Positions 28,650 through 41,232 of a stretch of DNA of 64,000 nucleotides are shown one piece after another. The stretch lies in the NCBI RefSeq assembly GCF_009914755.1, contig NC_060935.1; one strand, 5' to 3'. This stretch comes from the human T2T-CHM13v2.0 reference genome, Homo sapiens. The notes beneath the pieces were generated by a model that was not told the DNA's origin, searched no databases, and was given only the letters and a program-made list of their open reading frames with translations. The position numbers and the translations under genes are program-made. Numbering within the stretch: position 1 is the stretch's first letter; every line of letters begins with the position of its first letter.

Positions 28650-29100
28650 AGTGGCTCTGGGCAAGTAACAGACCCTCTGAGCCTTGTTTCCCAACACACC
28701 CACCCTTTCCTTATCTGTAGAATGGAAACTATGATGCCTCTCTTGCGGGGTCAGTATGAGTACTAACTTAGTGCCTGGAACTGGGGCCATCAACAAATGT
28801 TTCTCAAATGAATGAATAAATGTTCTTGGTAATGTTTTGGGCACCTTGTCAGTGCTTTGAAAAGCCAGCTGGTACTCTTACCCTGGGAAAATGTCCAAGG
28901 CCATGAGATGGGAAAGAGCTTCGAGTCAGAATGATAGATTCAGGTGCCATCACTCGAGACCGCAGGTAAGAGGATTCATTTCTCTAAGCCTCATTTGAAT
29001 AACGAGGACAATTCCTTCCTTGTAATTATGTAGGGATGACAGACATTAAGGCACAGAGCCCAGGAGCTGGTATGCAGTCAGTGCTCTATAAATGTTATCT
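28650..29100 (+). mobile_element. Two adjacent MIR fragments (~28650-28820 and ~28910-29100)
   Basis: 'ctctgggcaagtaacagaccctctgagcct...ccttatctgtagaatggaa' and 'gagtcagaatgatagattcaggtgcc...tctctaagcctcatttg'. Confidence 0.55.
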
Positions 29101-30664
29101 CCTGTTCAATTTATTCCTCAATAATTCCAGGTGTAAGTTAAAGGCGCTCTCCTAGACCCAAAGTCAGTAAAAGCAAGAGAATTATTCTTCTGCCTTCCCT
29201 GTACTGAGGGGATTGTATATTTCACCAGGATTAGGATCCCTTGCCTTACATAAAACATTGACATAGAATTCCAAACCAAACTGCATCCTCTGGAACTCTG
29301 AGTCCATTTGCTTCCGATGAAACTGTCCCTGAGGGGAGAAAAGAGTCTTTCAAATGCTTATTAGAATAGCTGGAAAAGCTCCTTGGATGCCTAATGTTCT
29401 TAAACAGCATTTTAATGATTTAAGGGTAAATGAACTAGAAACCCATGGATTTCATTTCCCTTGAAATACATATACATTTAAAAATTAAGGGGGAAGGTAC
29501 TCAGAGCAAAACATATTTGTGATTTGGTCACAGCCAGAGCACTTACAGTGAGCCGAGCCACAGTCCAGCAAGCTGCCGCGCAGCCGCATGGCCTCAGCTC
29601 TCTGCTGGGCTTTGCAGAGGCTTGGTGTAGGCAGATGGTCTGTCTCTCCAGTCGCACTGGGACGAGGGTTTTCCTGTGCCAAAGCTGAGGTGCTGAGGCT
29701 GTGCAGAAAGGCCTTCTGCAGGGTCACGCTTGCTCAGACCCAGGGACTCAGGTATACAGGGTCTGGAAGGGCCCCTCCCCTTCATCCAGAAAACTCTGCA
29801 CCTTGGCTGCAGCAGGAGCCTCCTGGAGACCCTCCCTGGCCAGGGACCCTTGTTTCAACGAAGGGTTCCTTTTCCCTGGGCCTGGACAACCCAGCTCCTC
29901 TGGGTTTGCAGAGGAACTCATTCCCTCTTTGTCTGTAAGCCTAGGGCCTTGATACTTCCCAAGTTTTCAAATATTTTATATTTTCTCCTAGTTAAAGGTC
30001 AATTGGAATAAATTTCCTCCAAGTTCTTATCCAATTAACATAATGGTCTTTTCCCCGAGGGTGGAGGCTGTGCCCTCAGCTTTTTGTTTCCTGTGTTTTA
30101 CGTTTGTTTTGTCACACAGCATCAAGCAAAAGGAGACCCAAGCTGTGCGCTGGCAGGCCCTCTCTCCTCCCCAGGCTCTTGATTACTGGTCTATTCTTGA
30201 AGCTCACTTCACGTGTTTTCTCCAGGATGCTTTTTGACAACTCCAGACCACCCTGGTCCCTGGACCCTGAAATCCCACACAAGAAGAATCTGACCTAGGA
30301 CACCACAACCGCAGAATACCTCAATAAAAGCAATTGAAGACTCAGTGGGATCCAGCTGTAAGGCCAGCGGATGCCTCGGTGATGAAGACAATGCCTCTTC
30401 ATCTTGAAAGACTTAGCGAATGCCTATTCTGTGTCAACTACTATTCCACAAACTCCATATTCACCCATTCACTCACTCACTGGATTCATTAATTGTCAGA
30501 TGCTGTGTTAGTCACTTTTATATGAAAGTCACTCTGTTCTTTTAACCAGCAGTAACTAAGCTTGCTTTGGGGAAAAAAATATAAAAACATTAAGGAATGA
30601 CCAATGCCTACAAGATCCTCACAGTTCAGCAGAAGAGTCAGTGCTCTAAATAAATTCTTAATAG

Positions 30665-30910
30665 TAACTAGCATTTCTATAGTAATTCCTAGGTGCTAGG
30701 AGCTGTTATATGTCCCTTACATGCACTAGTTCATTTACTCCATGCAATAGCCAGGTAGTAGTAAGTGCTATTAATATCCACATATTCTAAATGACGGAAC
30801 TGTGACATAAAGATGAGATGATCTGCTCAAGGCCATACAGCTCCTGATGGCAGAGCTGGGAGTCAGGCCCAGGATGTGCAACTCCAGTGTCTGTACCTTA
30901 ATACTTTTCT
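30665..30910 (-). mobile_element. MIR SINE
   Basis: 'atccacatattctaaatgacggaactgtgacataaagatgagatgatctgctcaaggccatacagctcctgatggcagagctgggagtcaggcccagg'. Confidence 0.8.
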
Positions 30911-31559
30911 ATGTGTGGTGTAGTTAATGTTATAATATTGGCATATGTTATGGGAACACAGAGGAAGGAGTGATTTCTTCTGCTGGGAGTAGAGATGGGG
31001 ATGACAGAAGATTTGCCGAGAATTGTGTTTGAGTTGCCTGCATAGGTGTGCGATGCATGCCAGCTTGATGTGCAGGCTGGCTCTGAGCCGGACCGTGCTC
31101 CTCATCAGACCTCCTTCTCCCTCCACAGGGAAGAATGACCTGACAAACTCAAGAGGCAAGCCAATTTGGTTACTAAGCCCAGGATAATTCAGATGTGAAA
31201 CAGATTAAACTCATTTGCAATTACCAGACCTGTCCTCTTTGTGGGGAGCATTAGAACCTCTTAGCAATTCAGTTCAATGAGTATTGGCATTGTGTTGGAT
31301 CACTGCCCTTGCATGGCTTGCACGCTATCTAGAAGAAAAGTGTGTGATTAATGGCAAATAGGCTTGCATTTTTTCTCTCTCAGTGTTTTGTTTTCCCTGT
31401 CCTCCCATTATCAGTCTAGGGTTCTCATCAGAACAATGAAATATCAGTGCCTAGAAGTAGGAAGTAAAAAGAGGCTGAACAGCCACAAAATGGTTTACAA
31501 GAGAATGTCCTGAGAAAGCAGAGAGGTACACGGTGTCTTCTGTAAAAATGATAGGATTC

Positions 31560-31790
31560 AGAGTTGGTGGCCGGCGCTGGAAGGCTGCTCGGGCACTAAT
31601 TAGTTGTATTTCTCCAGCGTGCTTCCTCATCCCATTGGGTCTTTGCTTCCCTCATCATCATCATTATTATTTTATTATATTATCAATATTGTTATTATTA
31701 TTGGAATGATAATACCCAGGTTGCAGAATTTCTGAGAAATACAAAATAAATACCATATGTGAAACCGCAAGACCCAAGTTAGATATTATT
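31560..31790 (+). mobile_element. MIR fragment with an internal (ATC/ATT) low-complexity tract
   Basis: 'gggtctttgcttccctcatc...ggaatgataatacccaggttgcagaatttctgagaaatac'. Confidence 0.45.
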
Positions 31791-32029
31791 GGTCAACACA
31801 ATCCTATTTTCTTGCCAAACTCCATTGAATTCCAGGCAGATCTAGAATCTGGTTGCCTTCTAATTTGCGCCAAAATCTCTGACCACTATGGACCCTGTCA
31901 AAGGTTAGCAATGTCTCTGGGAGTTTCTTGTGCCAGCTTTCTTTCTCTTTTTTTTTTTTTCAGGTTATGGATAGCTCAAGTTTTTCCATTCCTAAGGAAA
32001 TCTCAGCTCAATATCAGGGTTTTCCCAAA

Positions 32030-32420
32030 TTTCACCTTGAGTGCCCTGGCTACCTCTTTCTGCATAATCTCCAGGGTGATTCGTCCACTGTGGGGTGATC
32101 AGAGATCTCAAGGGTATGCTGGAGTTCCTAAAGCTGTATTGCAGCACAGACAGACCTTTCTGCAGCAGTTCACTCCAACACAACTTGTCTAACACTTTTT
32201 CTCCTCTCCGTGGATTTCTTTCCAGTTCTCTCTATCTCAATCTATACCACCCACCCAGTCACCCAACCAGAAACTTGCATTTTCTTGATGTATCCTTTTC
32301 CTTAACATTCCTATCTATCTTTCAGTTCACTCATTCATTCCATTTACTCTTGTTCCTTCTCTCTAGCAAATTGCAGAAGACAGTGTCCCCCTTAGGGTGT
32401 TAGGTTCCTTTATCTTTCTG
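32030..32420 (+). mobile_element. L2 fragment
   Basis: 'ccaccccacccagtcacccaaccagaaacttgcattttcttgatgtatccttttcc' is a typical L2 segment. Confidence 0.5.
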
Positions 32421-33169
32421 CATTTTTATAATAAGAGAAGATAAGAAAACTAAAAGGTGTGTCAATGAATTCCCATGGGAAAAAGTGAGAAGTGATTCAG
32501 TGATCCAATGATGTCCCATCTCCCAAGGAGAAGAATTGGAAGGCTTCACTTGACTGTAGGTGACCATTAAGTCTGCTAGGTCATGTTTAGCATCCTTAAC
32601 ACTGGACCAGTGAAATGCCTCCCCGAATTGCGCAATAGCAGCCATGACACCAGGGAGATACTCCAGGGATGTGCTTTCCTCCTGGAATGAGACTGCTTTG
32701 CTGCTAGCAGAAAGGTCTCTAGAAGGTCAGAGGCAGGGAAACTGGGGCTTGGGGGGAAGAGAGCAGGTGGATAAAAAGAGGAGTGGGGAAGGTGATTATG
32801 CCAATATGGTCCTGTTTTCTTCTGACTAGATGGTCAGAAAGAGCCAGTCATGAAGGTTTCATTGTGGCCCAATGTTCAATGGTGTTTTGGGGTTAATAAG
32901 AAATGACCAAAATTGGTGTCATGTAAAAAAAGAAAAATTACGGAGTTGAGCTGGCAGAAGACTTTAAGTAATAAAATAAGTAAATATAAAATATGGTACA
33001 GTTTATAAAATTTATGGTGAGTTGTTTTGTAGCTAGCCTTAGTTGATTCTATCTTGCCTAAGAACCACATCTTTCCAAAGGCATTCAGCAACCAATGGAT
33101 CTTCCAAATGTAAAGATCAGTATGCAAACAAAAGCTAGACCACTCATACCCAGCATGCCCTAATTACGG

Positions 33170-33730
<561 letters not shown>

Positions 33731-34612
33731 CATATTAGCTCACAAAAACCACATGAGAAGGAAATGATCCTTTACTGAGTTAAAAAATTAAACAAAAATA
33801 AATAGCATGCACAGATGAGAGAAACAAAACTAAATGATTATTAGGCACTAATCTCTGCCAATTTTCAGTCAAAAATCTAACTTCAGAGAGCCAATTATTT
33901 CTTTCTCTGGATACAAGTTTTGCTGCTGTAAAATCACTGTTCTTTATTGTTGTAATCACATATTAGCAAGGTTATTAAATACACATATGTATTAGGTTTG
34001 CAAAAGCCTGGGATATAGAAGCGAAAACAAAACAAAAAATTATTCCAGGATCATTTCAATGTTCAGTTAGATCACAAATACACAGGTGACATATTTTAAT
34101 AGGGGTTGACAGGTGGATCAGTGGAGCAACAAATTATCCCCAAGGGAGTCTGAGAAGGTTTCTTGGAGACATGCAGTTAATATTCATTTGAAAGAGATGG
34201 ATTGAGATGCATCTTCTTGGGGGCCCACTTAGAATGGTGATATATGTAATTTGGGAAAAAATCATATTATAATTTTATATTTTGAAAGCCAAGTAAACAT
34301 TTTAATAATAATATGAGCACCAAAAATTAAAGCTAAATAAAATCATTTTTGTTTGTGGGCTATGAAGAAGATCAAAGAACATTGTATGAGTGTTTCTGTT
34401 TTTAAAATAGGAAAAAAAAGTTATAAAAGGTTGAGAAGCACGTTTTTGAAAATTAAGCAAACTTGTGATTCAAGCTGTACAATGAATATGCACTGTGAAC
34501 CCTCCCCTCTACTCTTACAACCAAGCAATAACAAATATTATCTACCTAACTATCTGTCTGTCTACCCATCCATCTATGATTTACTTTTCAGAATAAAAGG
34601 ATATAGCCAGGC

Positions 34613-34917
34613 AACTGGGCACGGTGGCTCACGCCTGTAATCCCAGCACTTTGTGAGGCCGAGGCGGGCAGATCACGAGGTCAGGAGATGGAGACCATCC
34701 TGGCTAACACAGTGAAACTCCATCTCTAATAAAAATACAAAAAAATACAAAAACTTAGCCGGATGTGGTGGTGGGCGCCTGTAGTCCCAGCTACTCTGGA
34801 GGCTGAGGCAGGAGAATGGCGTGAACCCAGGAGGCAGAGCTTGCAGTCAGCCTAGATCGTGCCACTGCACTCCAGCCTGGGCGACAGAGCGAGACTCCGT
34901 CACAAACACACAAACAA
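34613..34917 (+). mobile_element. AluY with 18-bp TSD
   Basis: AluY diagnostics 'gagaccatcctggctaacac' and 'ggagaatggcgtgaaccc..gagcttgcagt'. TSD aaaaggatatagccaggc (34595-34612) / aaaaggatatagcaaggc (34918-34935). The middle linker is duplicated (aaaaatacaa twice). Confidence 0.95.
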
Positions 34918-34999
34918 AAAAGGATATAGCAAGGCTTGAAATCAAACTGGATAGGTCATGGATCAGAAAAGAAAAAGAAATCCAGTTGTGAGTGGGGGT

Positions 35000-35155
35000 T
35001 AGCTTCTCCAGATTCAGCAAATAAAAATACAAGGCAATCAGCTAAACTTGAGTTTTAGTTTAAATGCATGAGACATATGTAATGTAAAGAAAATGATGTG
35101 TGTTTATCTGAATTTAAGTCTAAATGAGTGTTCTGCATTTTACCTCACCACCCAT
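35000..35155. mobile_element. MER53 hAT MITE (internally deleted)
   Basis: 'ccagattcagcaaataaaaatacaag' and 'tgtttatctgaatttaagtctaaatgagtgttctgcattttacct' match the two arms of the palindromic MER53 consensus as I recall it. Confidence 0.7.
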
Positions 35156-36569
35156 AGAAGCCACAGGCCTACAAAGCCCCAACACTGGAAACAGGAAAGG
35201 TCTACCTGGAGCCACAGCCCTCTCCATCTAGAAGGAGCTGGATCCTGGTAAAGCTGGGAGGCAACTTGTCCCCCCAAAAGCACAATTAGCCAGCTCCTCA
35301 TGAGCAAAGAAGTGGTCAGTAAGGAGAAATTTGGACTCAGACTCCCTGGGGAGACTCAGAGTTCCTGAGCCTTAGGCAAGAGTTTCTCAAATCTCTCCTC
35401 TATAAGACAGGATCCCAGATAGACTGTAGGAATGAGGCTCAGCCTGTTAGCCTTGGCTGTGGAGACCTCACCAGCAAGACAGCTGAAAGTCATCCACTGA
35501 CAAAGGCCAAATTGAAGAAGAGATTTCAGGGAGTGAGGCTGGCCCTATACCTCTTTGTTTTACTTGAGAATTGGCCATCCAAACTCCCATTTTCTTCCTG
35601 TCTGCAGTTACCAATTCTGTGGCTGCAAAAGCACCTCAAGAAGGTATTTCCAGTTTGCTTTGTGGGGTCATTATCTCTGTCTTCCATTATCTCACCAGAT
35701 TTGCTTTCTCGACCCTCTTCTTGTCCACTTTTCCAAAAGGCTCTTATCTTGCCCTTCCTAATACCTGTTATTTGCCTCAATCCGCTCCACAGTCTAAAAG
35801 TCCACTCTATGACCCCTGAAGGGCAACCGTGTGCCACATCAGTCCCCTCTCAGCTGGAATTCTCATATAATCCATAGTGTTAGAACAGTCTGTCACTCAG
35901 TATTTTTAGTTCTTAAAACCTCATGTTTCATTTTTCCAGTGGATGCCAAGAGGATGAGGAAAATGCTGTAGCAGAGAGGGAAAATCAATATCCCACAGGA
36001 AGCCAGCGCTCGAACTGTTTGCTCTGTGTCTGATGCCGGGTTGTCTGGGGAGAATTTCACAGTCAAGCTCTAAGACTGCTTGTCTTTTCCCAAAGTTTTA
36101 GTGAAGAATCCTTCTGAATATCTGCTCTCCCAGGAGAAGAGACCAAGACATTTAAAGTGTTCTTTAACACTGCAATTCTTGAAAGATGTCAAAGAAACAG
36201 CAAAGGGTGGGGGCTGGAAGAATCATTGCTCTTTTCCCAGGGTACAAGAACCTCCTTAGGGGAGAGAAGAGGTGAAGAAGGCATGCTGCTGAGAAGGCCA
36301 GGGGCTGGAACCTAGGTACTGCAAGTGTGGTTGGTTTATTTCATCATTATTGGAAAATTCATGGAATTGATTTAATGCTGGTCTGTTCCTTCCATAGCAT
36401 GTGAATCATGGAGGCTGCTTATTTGAATGCATAGCAGAAGCTCCCTGTATGGAAATAGCATGTAAATGCAGATGCTTTGAACTCAACTGGAAGATTAACC
36501 CTCCTTTAATTTAAAGTGTCCTTTAAATTATTTTTGAAACTCCTTTCTATTGGAGTTGACTTTGAAGAT

Positions 36570-37060
36570 AGACTCATTCATTCAGTAGTGTGGTACCAAG
36601 CACCTACTCCTCAATCTATGAAAGGCTCTGGGGACACGAGGTGATGAACATGACAGTTACTGAATTATAGAGATCATGGATCAGTAGAAAAAATTCAGAT
36701 GCATTTGCCATACAATATGCTAAGTGCTGTGGTGGAAACAGTGCAAGACAGCACCGAGTGCTTAGAAAAGGCCTGTCAGAGAAGCATGAAGGGTTAAGAA
36801 AGCTTCTTGGAAGAAGTGACTCCTACCTGAGACCTGAAGGATGCAGAGTAGAAAAATAGTTAAAATAAGAGAAGACAGTGTTTCAGGCAGAGAAAACCCC
36901 ACGGACAAAGGCCCAGAGAGAGGGAGAATCAGGCGTGGTAGTGAAAGTGAAAGAGCTCAGTATGGCTGGAGCCTAGAGGCATGGGACAGTGTGGGTGGGA
37001 GACTGTACCAGGCTTTGAACTCGAGCATCTGTGTAGACAGTGGCGACACAGTCAGATTTA
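36570..37060 (-). mobile_element. L2 fragment
   Basis: 'ctcattcattcag...aagcacctact' and 'gaaagcttcttggaagaagtgactcctacctgagacctgaaggatg...tttcaggcagagaaaacc..caaaggcccagag'. Confidence 0.8.
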
Positions 37061-37599
37061 TTTGTATCCGACAAGCAGCAGGAGGAGCAGATTTGAGTGA
37101 GAAAACTCAGTCCTCTTTTTAATATTCTGATTTTGAAGTTTCTGTAGGATGTCCAATTAATGATGTCCAAAAAACAATATGTAATTCTAAAACACAGGAG
37201 AAAGAGCTTGGCAAGAAAAAATAAATCTAAGTAACAGACATTGGTCAAATACCTACAAGATACTAGGTATCATGATATATATATTAAATACGTTATCTCG
37301 TTTAATTTTACAACAAATGTATAAGGTAAGTACTATTTGGAAGTGAGAAAAATGAGTTTTGAGATGTTGAATCTTTTGCCTGGGATATAGATTTGGAAAT
37401 TATAACACTTAAAGTTGAATTTTTATGAAAAGTTACATGGCTTAATAATCAAACATCACTTGGACAATTCTGAACCAAAGTTATTATTAGTGAACTTAAT
37501 CTTCCACTTTACGTTGGGCTTGCTTCCAAGTGGTAATAGCCATTTCCAACAACCACACCCATGCTTTAAAAAAATTACATGTGAGGGAATATTTCATAT

Positions 37600-37870
37600 G
37601 AATTCCTAAGAAAATGTCTTCCATGTTTGCTTCAAATATTAGAAATAGTCCACATAACTGTGAAGCATTTCTCAGAATGTTATCATTAACATTGTTACAG
37701 CTATAATAACATGATTATTTAATATGTTTAATATCTGTCTCTACTTGTAGACCCCAGCATTCTTGGAGTCTGAGACTCATGGAGAGGGTATCGATAGGAG
37801 TACAGATCCCAGTATGTTGCACACTGTAAGAACTTAAAAGAATAATAAATCGAGTGAACAAATAAATAAA
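37600..37870 (+). mobile_element. L2 3' end fragment
   Basis: 'tatctgtctctacttgtagaccccagcattcttgg...gcacactgtaagaact..aataataaat' resembles the L2 terminus. Confidence 0.5.
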
Positions 37871-38249
37871 TGAGCAACCACTAGCCACAGATGGATTCCT
37901 AGAATCTACAGCAGAGTGTCCCCAACAATCTTTTCTCTATAAGGAATTGTTGCAGTGGTAAATTGTTTCCCCAAAGGAGGAAGCCACCAGCATTCAAATC
38001 ACATCACCTTTCAAATCACCCCCCAGATGCCTCTCATTGCAAAAATTAGCAGTAACGCGATGAGGCTAACGTAAGGGTAGACACCTCCCTGCAGATAATA
38101 ACGAGAACCATCAGCACCGACTTAGCTTCAATCCTGTGGCAGTTTAAGAATCTCTAAGAATGCATAAGTAAAGAAAAAATAGAATTACGTTTTTCTCTTT
38201 TTCCCCATCCCAGCTTCCATAGCAATACGACAGAGCCTAAAGATGCAGG

Positions 38250-38560
38250 CCTTGAGTTTATGAGGCAAATAATGAAGTTGATAAATGGGTCTGCACTCTG
38301 AGGGCTGGAATGAAGATTGGACCGGGGCCGGCCGGCACTGGAGCAGCCCTCTCCCTCCATCCATTCTACAAGGATCCCCAGTCAGCCAATGCACCGGGAC
38401 GCTGACATAAATCAGGGGCAGCAACGGATGAGCATGGAGAAACGGCCTGGCAGGCCCTGCACTGCGGCCATAAATCAGGAACTAATTCAATCCTGTGAGA
38501 TGCCTCGTTTGATTAATTTATGTCAGCGTTTTCTGTGTTGTCAGGCTGGTCCCTTGTGTC
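38250..38560. promoter_or_regulatory. Candidate conserved regulatory or structured element with PBX-HOX sites and a 14-bp inverted repeat
   Basis: acgctgacataaat (38399-38412) and atttatgtcagcgt (38516-38529) are exact reverse complements. CCATAAATCA (TGATTTATGG on the minus strand) at 38468-38477. Local CpG retention. Confidence 0.45.
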
Positions 38561-38919
38561 TTCCCTTCCCTCTCATTCTCCACCTTCTTTGGCACAAAGA
38601 AATGCTTCCCTCCCCTACCACGACAGGAAGAAGGAAATGGAGCTCCGGAGTAACTCCTAGAAGGCGAAGCATGATTAGAACCAAGCCTTCCTGCCAAACG
38701 TAGAGACCTGGAGAGAGAGGACAGGGGCCTCGCATGAACCTAGGTTCCAGGTCAGATGAAATGGCCATTTCTAGTTTCTCAAAAGCCCCATTCCCTGTGC
38801 CTGGTAGTGAAATAAGGCAGCTAAACCTTACCTCTGGATATAGGAGAAGGAATGGTTTTCTCAGACGAGTTAGAATAACATACCAACATTTAATTGTAAT
38901 GATGTAAAGGTGATTATGA

Positions 38920-39080
38920 ACATTACGATTTATAATAGTGGAGGACTGGAAGCAACCTGCATACCCAAAAATAGTCGAAAAGAGTTGTACTCTATCTATA
39001 CAGTAAGTATATGCATTTATTTGTGTTGAAAAAATGCTCATGGAATGCTGTTTAGTGAAAAAAAAAAAAAAAAAAGCAGG
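38920..39080 (+). mobile_element. Old L1M (L1ME-like) 3' fragment
   Basis: 'cattacgatttataatagtggaggactggaagcaacctgcataccca...aatgctgtttagtgaaaaaa..gcagg'. Confidence 0.55.
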
Positions 39081-39235
39081 GGGAAGTTAAACACCTGAGT
39101 GAAGTGTGTGTATTTCTTGTCTCCTGAAAAATAAATTTATGTTTGCCTATCTATATTTTCATCTCTCTGACTGTTTTAGTCATTCAACTCTATATTATAA
39201 TTCATTTATGATGAGTGTATACTTCGTGTGCACTA

Positions 39236-39490
<255 letters not shown>

Positions 39491-40380
39491 TTGTTAATCT
39501 TGGAAGTAGAATTTTAGCTAACTTAGCCACAAACTCAGTCACATAATAAAAGATTTTCTTGGTGTTTTAGGATCAGTCTGAGCAGATTTAAAAAGGAGAC
39601 TATGTTGTATTTCAGAGGCCCACCATCTGTGTGGGCAGACAGAAGAAGACCACAGCTCAATTCAGATGGAAGAGGCAACAATCAGAAAGGATGTGGCTGA
39701 GAGGAAGGACTCACATCTGCTGTGAGTCCACTGGAGCCATGAGTAATAACAGTGCCTTCTATTTTAGAGCTGGTGGTGAGAAAGCTCTCTCAAAGCCTGA
39801 CAAGTCATCTCCTCTACTGCTTATTTATTCGTGTTATTAAAGATGTTTATACCTTACTTACTTTGGTATAGGTCTACAAGTGTAACGGAAGAGAAAAATA
39901 GAAAAAAAAAAAAAACAGAACTAGGTTTTCCATGATGGACTGCAACCCACGACAGGTTACATCTATCAAGAACACAGTTTCTCTGTTCACACATTTAATT
40001 AGGAAACTTGAAATTGAAAGGAAAGGACAGAAAAGGACAAAGAGCCTTAAGAGAAAATTCTGTAATTCACTGACTTTTTTTTTTTTTTTTGAGAGTCTGG
40101 ATTTAGAGTGTTTCTAGATGATCCGCATTAGATATGACGAACCCACTGAGGTCAGCATGCACGATGCAGATGGATACACTTGGGAGTCTAAATTCTATCT
40201 CCCTTCGCAGCTGAGTGCTGTGAACCTCAGTGAAACACAAGCAAGAATGTGCAACGGATGAGACCTGTATGTTGGGAGCCTAGTTCTTTATTCCATAAAA
40301 AAAAGTCGTGCCTGTGGTTATGAAAAAATGTTCAACTAACCTAGAAGAGTTCAGCTACCAAGTGAAGGATTATGGGAAAG

Positions 40381-40550
40381 CAGTATTTTTTCAGACCTGG
40401 GTATGCATGAGTGATACCCATGAAGCTTTATGAAAATATACATCTCCTGGGCCCCTATTAAACAGAATTTCTGTGGGTGTGGCCTCCAAGTTCATACTTT
40501 AAAATGGATCTCCACATAATTCCATGTACACCCAGGCTGGGTAAACACTG
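40381..40550. mobile_element. MER5A hAT MITE
   Basis: Terminal cagt...actg; internal 'ctgggcccc', 'ctgtgggtgtggcct' and 'ctccacataattccatgtacacccagg' follow the MER5A layout. Confidence 0.65.
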
Positions 40551-40820
40551 AGTTTCATGTATTTATTACTATTCCAGAAACAAACACAAACTCTTGGGTG
40601 GAATTTAAAGAGAGCAAGGTTTTAGGCTGGTGTAAGCAAGCATTTTTAAGATAGTCTGTGCAAACTCAAAGCTGTGCAAACCTGGAATTGAATGCTCCAT
40701 GAGGTAATGAGGCTGCATCAGGAAAAGAGAGCAATGCAGTAGCCTTCATTTTCCTTTTTTTTTTTTTTTTTCATTTGTGGCACTATTTCAACATGAGATT
40801 TTTCAACAGCATTAGGCAAG

Positions 40821-41232
40821 CAATATGGTTTGGATATTTGTCCCCCAAATCTTATGTTGAAATGTAATTCCCAATGTTGGAGGTGGGGCCTACTGGGAGT
40901 GAGGCCTGGTGGAGGTGGGGCCTGCTAGGAGGTGATTGAATCATGGGGTGCATTTCTCATGAATGGTTTTACACCATCCTCTTGGTGCTGTCCTAGAGAT
41001 AGAAGCTCTCCTAAGACCTGGTTGTTTAAAGGTGTGTGGCACCTCCCCTTCCTCTTGCTCCCACTTCACCTTCTGCTAAGATTATAAGCTTCCTGAGGCC
41101 TCACCAGAAGCTGATGCCAGCACCATGCTTCCTGTACAGCCTGCAGAACCGTGAGCCAATTAAGCATCTTTTCTTTATAAATTACCCAGCCTCAGGTATT
41201 TCTTTATAGCAATGCAAGAACTGCCTAACGTA
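40821..41232 (+). mobile_element. MSTB-like MaLR solo LTR
   Basis: Runs from 'atatggtttggatatttgtcccccaaatcttatgttgaaatgtaattcccaatgttggaggtggggcc' to 'ttctttataaattacccagcctcaggtatttctttatagcaatgcaagaa'. 5-bp TSD gcaag/gcaaa. Confidence 0.92.

Noticed and set aside
34110-34445. Possible hAT-Charlie remnant ending 'aaaggttgagaagcac'
   Set aside because: Only one terminal-like motif is recognisable, which is not enough to assign a family.
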